Shown here: positions 37,411 through 49,458 of the stretch, piece by piece
How the letters are laid out: every line of letters begins with the position of its first letter
How positions within the stretch are numbered: the first letter of the stretch is position 1
From: Peribolospora baueri
Lineage: Eukaryota
NCBI GenBank assembly: GCA_029717555.1
Contig: JAMDHS010000008.1
Coordinates: forward strand, 62,001-126,000
Reading direction: 5' to 3'
DNA: 64,000 nt
Made by a program: the position numbers and the translations under genes
The notes under the pieces: generated by a model
Databases searched by the model: none
Seen by the model: only the letters and a program-made list of their open reading frames with translations
What the model was told of the DNA's origin: nothing

Positions 37411-40400
37411 ATGCCCTCTGCCTCATCAGCCTCCTCTTCCTCCTCGTCCTCCTCGGCCTCACCGCCACCTGACCCTCTCAGTTCACTCCCCTCCTATCTT
37501 GACGTTATCCAGTCCTCCCTCGTTCCCGCAAACCGCTTCAGCGCTTCCCTCCCCAAACCCGAAGACCTCTCCTTCCACCGCTCCCTCGACCGCAAGTTTG
37601 GAAAACGCCTGGATCAGGTTGGAGAGAAGGTTTTGGGGCTTTTGAACACCTTGCTGGGCATTGTGGAGGGTGAAAGCGATGGCAAGGCGAGCACGAAGAA
37701 GAGACTGGAGGGCGAGGATGCCGTGGTGGACAGGTATGATGATGTCGTCGTGGACGTTGTAGATGGGCTCTTGGAGCGGGCGGTGAGCACATCTTGTCTT
37801 TGGCACTTCAGCCGTTTACCCTTCAGTTTTGGTTTGATTCGTTTTGCTTAGCATGCTTCGTCCTCTTCTCCTCGTCCACGCGTAGGACCTGGCCATTGAC
37901 GAGTACCTTGGCAAGCTCCAAAGACCGGCCGCTGGTTCTTCTGCGTCGTCCACCACCAATAGACGTGGACCTACAACCACCGCCACTTTCCACCTGCACC
38001 ATCTCCACAACTCGCCCTCTCGCTCCCCGACAGGCTCGCACGTCCCTCCCTCCAAAGGGCGCCTGCCTGCCTCGCTTATGAACGCACAGATGCCCCGTCC
38101 GCAGTTGCGCTTTAATAGGAAACCGGATAACTCGGAGGACAGTATGTGGACCCCGTTGCTGCGCGCGACAAGCGACGGGCAGGTAGAGGAAGGAGGCAAG
38201 TGGCTGGAGAAGGTGAACGCAATGGTGCCGCTTGGGTGGGTGGACGATAGTGCCAGGATGACAGAGGAGGAAGAAGGCGACCAGGTACTCGTGGGGTGAG
38301 TTGAGTTTGTGGCGTTCTTGTCGTCTCAGGCACTTGCATAGGCGCAGCTGAATCTGAGGGACAACTTCCTTTCCACTGGCTCTCTTTTGCTTGCACGCTC
38401 CACCAGCGCTCCGAACCCCTATGCCTATGAGATCCGGCACGTCGAGTACCCATCGGCTCTTTTCACCTCCTCCCCACCAATGCAACCTTCCCCCGTTGCC
38501 TCCACGCCCTTCAAATTCATCTCCACCCCGACTGCCCTCCACACTGATCTCCTCCCGCATCTACTCTCCCCCGACGTCCGCGAGATCGCCATCGACCTGG
38601 AGCACCATGACTACAGGTCTTACCAGGGCTTCGTGTGCCTCATGCAGATCTCCACCCGCAATGCGGATTGGATCGTCGATTGTCTAGTGCCCGAAGTCAG
38701 AGAGCAATTGGGCGTTTTGAACAAGGCATTTACCGATCCTGGGAAAATCAAGGTGGGCGGAATGGCGGAACTCTCTTTGTTGTTACAGCCTCAGCGCTGT
38801 TTCGTTCCTACCGCACATCATAGGCGAACGCTGAACTTGAACCATCCCGCCACATTCTAGGTCTTCCACGGCGCTGAATCCGACATCCTCTGGCTCCAGC
38901 GCGACTTCGGCCTCTACATAGTAAACCTCTTCGACACGTACCATGCCACCAAAGTCCTCACCATGCCCTCTCACTCCCTCGCCTCCCTCCTCGCTCTCTA
39001 CTGCGATTTCGACGCCGACAAGCGATATCAGCTCGCAGATTGGAGGGTCAGACCTTTGCCGGAGGAGATGGTGTTCTATGCGCGCATGGATACCCACGCT
39101 TTGCTTTTCGTTTATGATAGGCTGAGGGAGGAGCTTCTAGACCGGGGCGCCGCCTCTTCGGAACAGGGAGAAGAGGAAGGGGCGACGTCTTTGATGAGAG
39201 AGGTCCTACGTCGGAGCGAGGGTACGGCGGAGAGAGTATACGTGAAGGAGCGATGGGACGAGGAGGGCGAGAGGCCAGGCGGGTGGAAGGTGCTTTGGAG
39301 GAAGTGGGGCAGGCCAGGTGGTGACGAGGGTCGCGTCGCCTGGCTTGTTAGGGCTTTGCATCGGTGGAGGGATCGTGTAGCCAGAGAGGAGGACGAGAGC
39401 GTTCGGTGAGTATAGCATAGCTGAGCAGAATTCTCTCACGCCCACTTATTTCGCTGCCTTGGCGATGGCCTCTCTTGATCTGACGTCAATCATCCCAACA
39501 TCTCCGCACAGCTACATTCTTCCTAACCACCACCTCCTAACGCTCGCCCAGAAAGCTCCGACTTCAGCCAACGCCGTCGTTGCCTCTGTCCAATCTTGTC
39601 CCTCCGCCCTCCGTTCGCGCTCTGTCCAAGTCGCGTCGCTCATAGAGCGGGAAGTCGAGGCGTGGCAGGAGGAGATGAGGCTCGTCGAGCAGAGGCGAAC
39701 TAAGGTCGGAGGCAACGTTCCTCGTGCCGGCGCTTCTTCCACGCCTGCCTCAGGGGGCGCTGTCGGCGCCCTCGCGGCCGTACAATCTAGCAGTATTGCT
39801 GCGACCGTGGTGGAGAGCCTGTGGTCCCCTCTCTTCGCCGACGCTGAGCCGTCCTCACATATTCAGGACACCGCTTCCACTGCGCCGCCGATAGCCTTGC
39901 GGTCATCTCTGTTCGGTGCGGCTCTCGATCGATCAACTCAGCCGACCATGTCTACATCTACACCCATGCCAGCTGCCGGCGCCGCTACTACCGCTATACG
40001 CGCTTCTTCCAACCTCTTTGGCAGTCTCCTTCAAAGCCGGTCCTCCAAAGCTCCTGCTCCCCCTCCTCTTTCTTCCTCCAGTACCGCCTTTGCGGCCGTT
40101 TCCCGCGACGCGAAAGCGAATGCGGAAAAGCTCGCTCGTATCACTCGCGACTTGGCGAAGCTCTACCCCATCCGCGACCTTTCCTCCACCTTGGCTGCGA
40201 GCGCTACGACCCTAGCCAAACGGGGCTCTTTGGAGTCCGAGTCTCGATGCGTCACAGGGTCCACCTCTTCGGCTTCGAGCATGCCAGCGGCGGTGTCGAT
40301 GGAGAGAGAGAAAGATGAGGTGATGGAGTCACTTCCTGAACCGGAGACAGTCCCCTTCGTGCCCAAAGAGCGGCGCATGGCCGGGAGCTCTAATACATCG

Positions 40401-41196
40401 TCCCGTGTCGCTTCTGCCCCAGCTCACGGTGGAAAAGGGCGAAGAGATGAAAAGGGGAACGAGGACAAGAAGAGCGAGGAGGACGATGAAGCCTATGGGG
40501 AAGTGGTTCAAGTCGCTAAGATCAAGGACAAGAAAAAGGAGAAGGACAAGAAGCGCAAGTTGGACGATCTTATTGAGGGCGGTGGCGCGGAAAACACCAC
40601 CGGCCAAAGCAGCGGTGCGAGCGGGACTCCAAACGTCTCCGCACCTGTTGCTTCCTCTTCTTCATCTTCGCTGCAGTCGTCCTCTTCGCCGTCGATGGCC
40701 CTGCCCTTGAACGATGGTGGAGAAGGTGTAGAGGGAGGGAATAAGAGCAAGAAAAAGAAGCGCAAGGACAAAGAAGGGATGAACAGCAGGGAAGCTCCGT
40801 CCAGCATGGAGCTGGACAAGGGCAAGAGCAAAGACGAGGGCACCTTTAAAGCCACCGTTGAGCCGTTCGATTACTCAAAAGTGAAGAGCGTTCTAGACGC
40901 GCCTCCCCCTGCGCCGCTTTCGCGGCGGAAGGATAAGAAGGAGAAGGCAAAGATGAATACCGCCACGAGAAAGCGGGAAGAGAAAAAGAAAGGTGATTCT
41001 CGTTTACCCGCTTCTTTGGCTGGCGTGGTCGCCTTGTCATTTCGTACCCCTCTCGTGCTGACTGCGTCTCCAATCCCCAATCGCCCGATTGCCTCTCAAC
41101 CCTACTCAACACGCCGTCCATATCTTCACTTTCAAAGCTGCACCTCGAAACATGACCGAGCCGAAGAGCGGCAACAGATCGCGCACTTTTGGATGA
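37411..41196 (+). CDS. RRP6: Nuclear exosome 3'-5' exoribonuclease Rrp6 (PMC2NT, DEDDy and HRDC domains), multi-exon
   Basis: EIAIDLEHHDYRSYQGFVCLMQISTR, VFHGAESDILWLQRDFGLYIVNLFDTY, ADKRYQLADWRVRPL, WRDRVAREEDES|YILPNH, C-terminal KSGNRSRTFG*. Confidence 0.96.
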
Positions 41197-41574
41197 GCTG
41201 AACGTTTGACGGCATAGGTCTGCGATTATGGCCGTCGCAATCCCTGGTGCTGCAGCGCGGTGACCGGCCGGATGCACGGCCAACGTGATGGCACGAAGCG
41301 GAGCGCCCATGTTTTACTTGTCTTGAGCTATTCGCTCGCCCTGTGTTTCTCTCTCGTACGTTTCATCGTGGCAAAGTAAGCTACATTGCATCGTTAAGAT
41401 AGACATTGGCTTAAAGGGAACACTTCGAGCTCAAATACAGCAGGTTTGCGACGAGAAACGGTTTGCAAGGTTGCGAGCGATTACCGTGGCGAGACAATAG
41501 GAGAAAACGGAAAACATTGTACGAACGGGCGAGTGTTGCTGACGTTTTAAACAATCGCAGTGCCGACGTCCACT

Positions 41575-44500
41575 TTAAAGAACGTCCGTCCTGCGGACTC
41601 TACGCTGACCGCTGCTCCCACTTCCAGGGCCTCTGTCCTGGCCGCTTCGACTGAGTAGGGCCGCCTTCGACCTTCGCAATCTGTCGGCCCACTTTATGGC
41701 CTCGGACAGAAACTTTTCGTGGCCCTTTTCGTCGAGCTGCCGATGAAGTCATTGGACGCGAAGAGCAAGATATGAATGGAGGAAAGCTACAGGTGAGTTA
41801 AATGATAGGACGGATTGGAGGCGATACGACAAAGAACAGCCGCAAAAAAGGAGAACGGATAAGAAACAACGTCTTACCGTTCTGTAGTACTCTGCGATCT
41901 CGAGCGCCGATAGCCCGCCGGACATGGTGAGGTGTGCGATGTAGGCATACATATCCTCCTTAGACAGCATCGAAGGGCTGAAACGGAACAAGAAATAGGC
42001 ACTGGTTGAGCTCTCACCGCTTTCCAAAAAGCCAATACGAACTCACTCTTCCTGCGACATTTCCACCGCCACCTCGTGGATGAGACCTTCGTTCCCTTCG
42101 TGTGGGATTGCAGCGCCCGAACCAGGTGGAGGAGGCCACTGCGACGTCGACCTGACAGCAGAGGATGCTCTAGATTTTTGTCTCGTTCGGAGCGACTGCA
42201 TGGTCGGCACACGGTGGCGTTGAGTGCGACGCGCAAAAGGATAAAACGACGACGTGCTCGACATAATTGATGAATTCTCACTTTCCGGGCTCTTTCGCCG
42301 ATCTTCCTTTCCGTAACTGTCTCGCCAACAACAGCCTGAAAGCAACAGAAATTATCAAATGTCCGATTAAGGGGTCCATTCAAGAGATGTTGCATGCCTC
42401 GGTCCATTAAGACAATGTTACATGTCTCGATCTCACTCACCGCATTGCTGTGCGCATACTCAATTGCACAATCTTGAAGGAGCTGAAAATGGGAGATGCA
42501 GTCAAAATTAACAGCCGTCAATATTAGGAGCCCCACTCATAGTATCGTCCAAATGTCGCACTGACCCGGTCGATTGCGTTAGAGTCCCTTTCGCGGAGGG
42601 CTAAGCGAGCACAAAGCAAAACGGGCCTCAAAGTCGTCAGTCGTATCAGCTTCCTGACAATCGGCATATGAGACTAACATTTTCGGATCAATTCTGGGTC
42701 ATGTACCAACTCGGCGAGGGCTTCATCCCCATTGATCTATGAAAGTTAATACGTCAGCCACACATTCCTCATATCGTCTTCGTTCTTTGGCCTCATTTAT
42801 ATGGGTGCATTTGGACAACTCGCCTCGTCTTCTCCGCCATCCTCTTCACTCCTTCCCTTCCGCTTTTCTCGCTTCTTGTCCTTCACAAGGTTCTCCAGAG
42901 CATACCCAAGCTCGGCGATGTTGCAGTCGTCGATGACGTACTTCGTGGCAAGACCGTGCTCCTGGAGTCGGAAAATGTTTCGTCTAAAAAGGCAGTGCGA
43001 GTAAGCTCTCTAAGTCATTTGAAAAGCGAACCGAAGTAGCGAGCCTCCTTACACGCCAAACAGCTCTCCTTGATTGTCTTTGTCGCCTTCGACTCCGGTC
43101 CAATATCTCCTTTCGTGTGACGCATCGTATGCGATGTTGGACTGTTGTTGTTTGTAGATCTGCCGACCGTACACGCATTCTTCAAGCGAGCCCGCGCCAA
43201 TGAGCCGAAGGACTTGCACGTCGCGTGTTTGTCCAAACCGATAGGCACGGTCCATCGCTTGAAGATCGTGCGAGGGATTCCAGTTTGGATCTGCCCATGG
43301 CCGATGGAAACCACGAGTGATAAGCAACACGTCGTCTAACCATTACGGCCGACGCGGAAGCTCACCCATGATGACGACCTTATTCGCTCCCGTGAGGTTG
43401 AGTCCGACCCCGCCCGTTAGCGTAGAGATGAGAAAAATGAAGACTTGCGGGTTGTTGTTGAAGCGATCGATGAGCTCCATGCCTGAGCCAAAGAAGACCC
43501 TTGGAATGGTCAGAGAAGATGCGATCGGGCACGACGGCAAGAAAGTCGAAACATACGCCTGCCTTGCGGCACGTTCCCATCAAGGCGGCAGTACTCGTGC
43601 CCTACAGGGGTGACAACGGAAGTTAGGGTGAGAACATGGTCACGAGTTTGCTAGAACGACATCGTGCGAAATCGCACGAAAGGAAAGACCCACCGGCGGA
43701 CTGAATGTACCATTCCAAGAAGCTGATCAACTTCACGCTCATGGAGAAGATAAGGACCTTGGAGCCATCGTGCTTCCACACTTGCAGCAGTTCTTTCAAG
43801 ACCTACATTGGCGTCTTTAGCATCAGTTGAAATGTCCTTTGCCGTCCTTAAAGCACTTATCCATTCCCCCGAGCGAAGAATGGCACCAAAAACTCACATT
43901 CCACTTCCCACAGAGATCAGGCTCCATTGCATTAGACTGTCTAAACCGTCGAGTCTCGTGGTCATTGGGAAATGCTATCTTGACCAGTTCGCAATCGCGC
44001 TCGTACCGTTCCCGGTTCGAGTCGGCCTTGTCTGTGCGTGCGATAAAGAAACGGAAAAAAGGAAGCAACGATGAAAATGAGGTCCATCCTTGCAAATCGC
44101 TCGAGAGTGAAAAATGACAAGAACTGCGACTGACCTGGATATATGAGGGCGAGATGATTGGAGATCCGTTGAAATATATTGATGAACTTGAAGATCATTT
44201 CGTACCAAAACATCCCGGTAACGGGATCACGCTGATAGCAGCATTTGGAACGCTTATATTGGAGCCTATGTGAATGGGATGCGACGAGATGGGGTCGTTT
44301 GACACTTCCGAAGCGAAGCCGTTGGAGAGAATGTCAGAAAAGGAAATGTACTCACCCTTCAGAATCTGTCCGACCACAATCGCATGGCTCGTCCTTCCTC
44401 GTCATGAGCTGCACCTGTTCCGTCTCGAGTAGCCTTTTGTAAACGTCGGTTTGTAGCTGCGTGAGAGGACAGAAGACGACTTTGTCTTCCTTCTTTGGGA

Positions 44501-46884
44501 GCTGATCCGCTATCAAATTTTTCGTTCTAGAGAGCAAGGCAACGCACAAAGCTGAGCATCAGACGTCGGAAACCTGGTGAACGTGCTCACAAGGGAGCGT
44601 GGAGAAGTGTTTACTCACCTCCTAAGGAAGAAGTGCGGGAGGAGATACTGGACTAGTTGCTCCGCCCTCTCTCTTCCGAGCGCGAGCTCCTCCTCGCTTG
44701 CGTCCTTCTTTTGTCCTTTCTTGAGAGGTTCGGATATTAATTCCTTCCACTCTCCAATTGTCCCAACCTTTCTGGGATTACACCAGTCGAGGATACACCA
44801 TAGCTCCTCGTACCGATTCTGCACCGCCGTGCCCGTCAACCCGAAACGACGCTTGCATTGGAGACGATTGAGCGCCCGCGTAATCGCTGCGTTGGGGTTC
44901 TTAAGGCGGTGCACCTCATCCACGACCACCACGGAAAGGTCGAGGTCAAAAAGCTCGTCCATGTAATTGCGTGCGGTTTCGAAGGAGCAGATCACTAAAA
45001 TACGGTCCCATGCGAGACAAACCGGATCGTCGAATGTCATTTAGTACAACGGGACCTCTGACGGAAAAGAAGGGACATGTAGACGACTCACGGATGTCCA
45101 GTCGAGCAAGTTTGAACTGCTTGAGGACGTCGAGCTCGCCGGAATAGATCGCATATTCAAAGTACCCCCACTACCATCCCAACGCGTAGATGGCAGAAAA
45201 GCCGGCATAAGTACCAGCCAGATAGATCGGAAGCTTGTTCGCTCACCGTCTCCAATTCCCTTGCCCAATTGTCCTTGACGGTACTAGGCGCCACGATAAG
45301 CGCAGTAGGCCACCTCCCGTTCGCCCTCGGCCGGCCCTTTTCCTCTTTCCTGCCCACCAACCCATCCTGATCGAGTCCCCACTCCATCGCCTCCCTCCTC
45401 GCAATTCCGATCCTCCTTTGCTCATCCGTAACCCACCCATGCTTGCGCATGATAGCGCTGAGGAATCCAATCACCTGAATGGTCTTGCCCAGACCCATGT
45501 CATCGCCAAGTAGCCCTCCCAATCCGCGTGCGTAACGCTCGTAGAAGAACCGAATACCTTCGCGCTGGTACTCTCGCAAAAAGCGATTAATGGACGCGGG
45601 CACAGATATGGGAAGTTTGGAAGGGTCGGAGGCGTCGGTGTCGAGGACCAGCGGTCCGATGCAGGCTTGAGAGGCGTCCGCGAGTTCAAACGCAGGTCTC
45701 ATCGTGCTCTGGCGTAGCTCTTCCGAGCTCTCCGAGCTTTCCTCATGTCGAAGAGGTGTTGGTTCTGTCCTGACGGTAGAGGTGCTCGTCGACGCAGGTT
45801 GGGCGTGAGAAGGACCCTTGGAACGAAAATGAGGTAGCTCGGGCTCGGATTCGGGTTCGAACTCGGACTCCAAACGATCTTCGTTAACCTGCGAGCGGTC
45901 GAAAGGACATGAAGACAAGGGGATTAGGCGAGAACGGGGTCGGACGCATTCGAGGACGAAATTCGCGCACACACATTGCTTGCCTCCGGCGCAATCCTTG
46001 CACTCGTCTGTCGTGCCTGACGTTTTTCCTTCCACCTAAAAGCAAGCTCCTCCTCGGACTCCTCGCTGCTCTCGTCGTCCTCCCTCTTCGTGGATAGGCG
46101 ACGGTCGTCGGTGACAGCAAACGAGTGCAAGTGGGAAGCCTGAGACGGGTCGCTATCGGATGTCGAGTCGGCATCGACGTCGTCCGAGGCGGAAGTGGAA
46201 CCGGCGGCAGGGTCAAAAGTGATTTCTGCGGGCCGTCGTGCATCAGGCCCCTCAGTCGAGGTGAAGGACTAAGAGAGATTTCGAGCGCAGCCACTCACGG
46301 AGCAGCTGATAAAGTGGTTTGATTGTCGAGCCGAGTCGCTTCCTCTTGCTCCGGTCGTCCAAGTTGGCCGATCCCCTACCGTGCTCTGTCCTCACTACTG
46401 ACGAAGACATGGGGAGGTCGTTCATCCTCCTCCGTTTGCGAGGATCCGGGTGTACAAAGGGCACCGCGTTCTCCGACCCAGTGACCGGCGAGGATCGAGA
46501 AGTAGACCCGCCGGCGTCACCGACGCTTTCCTGGCGGCGTCGCTTGCCTCTTCCATATTTCTGCTCCGCCTCGCGGGTAAGCTCCTCTTCGAATGAAGCA
46601 CGAAAATCATCGTCCTCATCATCTGAGCAGAGAAGAGACGAGTATGACACGCGCAAGTCAAGGACCTTGTGGGAGGCATCATTCGATTGCAACGGGACCA
46701 TCGGACGCACCCAACGGAGCGAGCTCGCTCTTCACCTCCTGCTTGACACTGCCGCGAATCAACGGTGGGCCTGCGACCGAAGGAGGCAAAGAGCATGGGT
46801 ATCAAGCCATTTGCTTGCCTCCGGCTGTCCGCTACAGTACGGCGTTGGCCACCAATTCCACTCACTCGACTCGGGCTCTGGCAT
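41575..46884 (-). CDS. SNF2-family ATPase, ERCC6L2/Rad26-like, many exons; termini approximate
   Basis: FLREYQREGIRF, GGLLGDDMGLGKTIQV, VVDEVHRLKN, RFGLTGTAVQN, LCGKW, FLISTLTGGVGLNLTGANKVVI, DPNWNPSHDLQAMDRAYRFGQ, EECVYGRQIYKQQ. Confidence 0.88.
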
Positions 46885-47190
46885 CCTGCGAGGTGTGTCG
46901 CCGTGATGATGCACAGTGATCGAAGGCTTCGTGGACCTTCAGCGGGTAAATGACGGCGCTAGGCGGCGTTAACGGCCATTCACGCTCTTCCTCCGGTTCA
47001 TCGCCCTCGCCGGGCCGACCCCGCCTTCGCCATCCGACCATCACTCCGCATCCATCGTCGTCGCTCCTACCTTCACCCTCCCTCCTCTTCTCTCCTTCTC
47101 GCTTCTTGCTCCTTGGACCCTGCCTCAACCGGGAACGACAACGTCCTCGTCTTATTGTCAGACACGAACAGGACACACAACCCACCTCTG

Positions 47191-48596
47191 ATGCCCGCCG
47201 CGCCACCAAAGCCCTGGGAACGAGCCGGCGCCACCTCTGCGTCGACCGTGTCTGCCCCTGTGTCCTCCGCCCTCGTCCCCTCTTCCTCTACTGCCCCCAT
47301 GTCTGGATCTTCATCTTCTTCCAACCCCACCAGCATTGCGCCCGCCGTACCCGAGAGGCCTAGCACTCTGTCCGCTACGAGCAGCGGCGTTGGTGAGTTC
47401 CAGTCATCCGAGCCTCGATCCGATCGATGTCTTCCTTCTCTGACGAGCGCCTCCCGTCTTTGATGGACCGTTGCGCAGCCGGCTACTCCTCCTCCTCGCC
47501 CTATCGATCTACCTACGGTGGCATCGGGAGCTCCTACGGTGGCATCGGGAGCTCCTACGGTGGAATGGGGAGCTCCTACGGCTCCTACGGCTCCTCTTAC
47601 TCTTCTCCCTACTCTCGATTCGGTGGCGGCTATGGCGGATATGGAGGGGCCTACGGCTCTTCCTTCGGCTCTCCCTATGGCGGCTATGGAGGGTTGGGAG
47701 GCTACGGTGGTGGCTACGGCATGGGCGGGCCCATGGGCCCCGGTGGCCCCGGCGACGCCTCGCTCACGCAGCGGATGGAGTCGGGCACCGCGGCCACGTT
47801 CGAGCTAATCAGCTCCATCGTGGGCGCCTTCGGCGGATTCGCGCAGATGCTCGAATCGACCTTCATGGCAACCCACAGCTCCTTCTTTGCCATGGTCGGC
47901 GTGGCTGACCAGTTCGCCCACCTTCGCAACTATCTCGGTCAGGTGCTCAGCGTGTTTGCCCTGGTGCGGTGGTGTAGGAAGATGCTCTATCGCCTCACAG
48001 GACGAGAACCGCCGGTAGAGATCAACGCACGGGAGTTTGGCAGGTTTGAGAAGCGCGAGGCTGCGGCGGGAGCGGACGGCAGCGGTGGTCGGAGACCCAA
48101 GATCAGCAAGCGGCCACTCATCATGTTCTTCCTCGCCGTTGTTGGACTGCCGTACCTCATGGGCAAACTCATCAAGCTCATCACGGCGCAGCAAGAGCAA
48201 CAGCGTCTTCTCGAGCAGCAGAACCCCAACGGCGCCGCGGCGCAACAGGGCCTTATCGACCCCTCCACCGGCACACCCCTCGACCCGAGCAAGCTGCAGT
48301 TCGTGCGCGCCCTCTACGCCTATAACACTACCGATCCACTCGAGCTGGCTCTGCAACCGAACGATGTCGTCGCCGTTCTCTCTCGACACGACCCCACCAC
48401 GGGACAGGAAAGCGCGTGGTGGAGAGGCAGGACGAGGGATGGCAGGATCGGGTACTTCCCCAGCAACTATGTCGCCACTTTGGAAAGTGCGAAGAAGTTG
48501 TTGGCAGACCAGCCTGCACGGGCGGTTGAGGAGAGCAAGGCGGAGAAGGCCGCTGTGTCCGGCCACGCGGCCCAGGCGGCCATGAAGGCGATGTGA
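47191..48596 (+). CDS. PEX13: Peroxin 13 (YG-rich N-terminus, TM region, SH3 domain), one intron
   Basis: PPKPWER, YG repeats, ATFELISSIVGAFGGFAQMLESTFMATHSSFFAMV, SH3 FVRALYAY...WWRGRTRDGRIGYFPSNYV. Confidence 0.97.
47514..47576 (+). repeat. Three tandem 21-nt coding repeats (YGGIGSS, YGGIGSS, YGGMGSS) in PEX13
   Basis: TACGGTGGCATCGGGAGCTCC twice, then TACGGTGGAATGGGGAGCTCC. Confidence 0.9.
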
Positions 48597-49458
48597 TTCG
48601 GGGTGGCTGCGATCTGTAACCGTCATTTTTCTGAGGTTGACCATCGTTTCGAGTTTCCTTGGCTTCATTTTTTTCTTTTCTTTTCTTTACTTACCCCCCT
48701 TTTTGCCGTCTCCTGCCTCTTGGCATCCCTTTTGACGCCTTGCTATATGTACGCTCCCTTTTCCGCATCGTCACGCTCGTGCAACTCGTCTGAGACTGTT
48801 CCCCACCTCGAATGCAGTCTAGCGCGCTGGCCGGCGATCGCTTTCGGAGACGGGCCTTGTCGTTTTCAGCGCAACTTGCCGGCCCTCTACTCACGAACAT
48901 GCACAGGCCCCGATCGCGTCTCGCACCGCATTCTCTGATGGAAGCCATTCGAGCTGGTTGCGGCTTGGGTCTTCTAAGCTTCGAGGAAATGGCGCCCCGA
49001 ACCAGGATGCACCCCACACCTTGCTCCCGGCGTGTACATGCTACCGCCGGAACAGAATAGGCGACCGGCATGATAGTGCGTGGATCACAAAGGGGCTTGA
49101 AGGGGGCAAGCTCGCCAGTGACCACTTCAGGATGGCTCCAAGTTTAGGATCAAATGCGATCGATGGGCATGCTCTGCAAGAAGGCACCATGCTCAGGTCT
49201 TCACTACAGGCCGGTACCGGCACGTTCCGTAAGAGAGCTTGACGCGCTCGTCTGTAAAATCTAGGAAACGAAGAATCTTTGTGCTCTGTGCAGCGGGCGT
49301 CGGCAGAGCGGACGGAAGACTCGATTTGATCCTTGAATGATACATGGTTCCCTTTTTCATAACTAGCTCTGTCAGGGCAGCGTAGCCATCGGCAGCACGG
49401 GTCCCTTTTGCAACCGAACCAATTAAGCACGCCACCGTTTTCACTCCCCCCCAGCGTC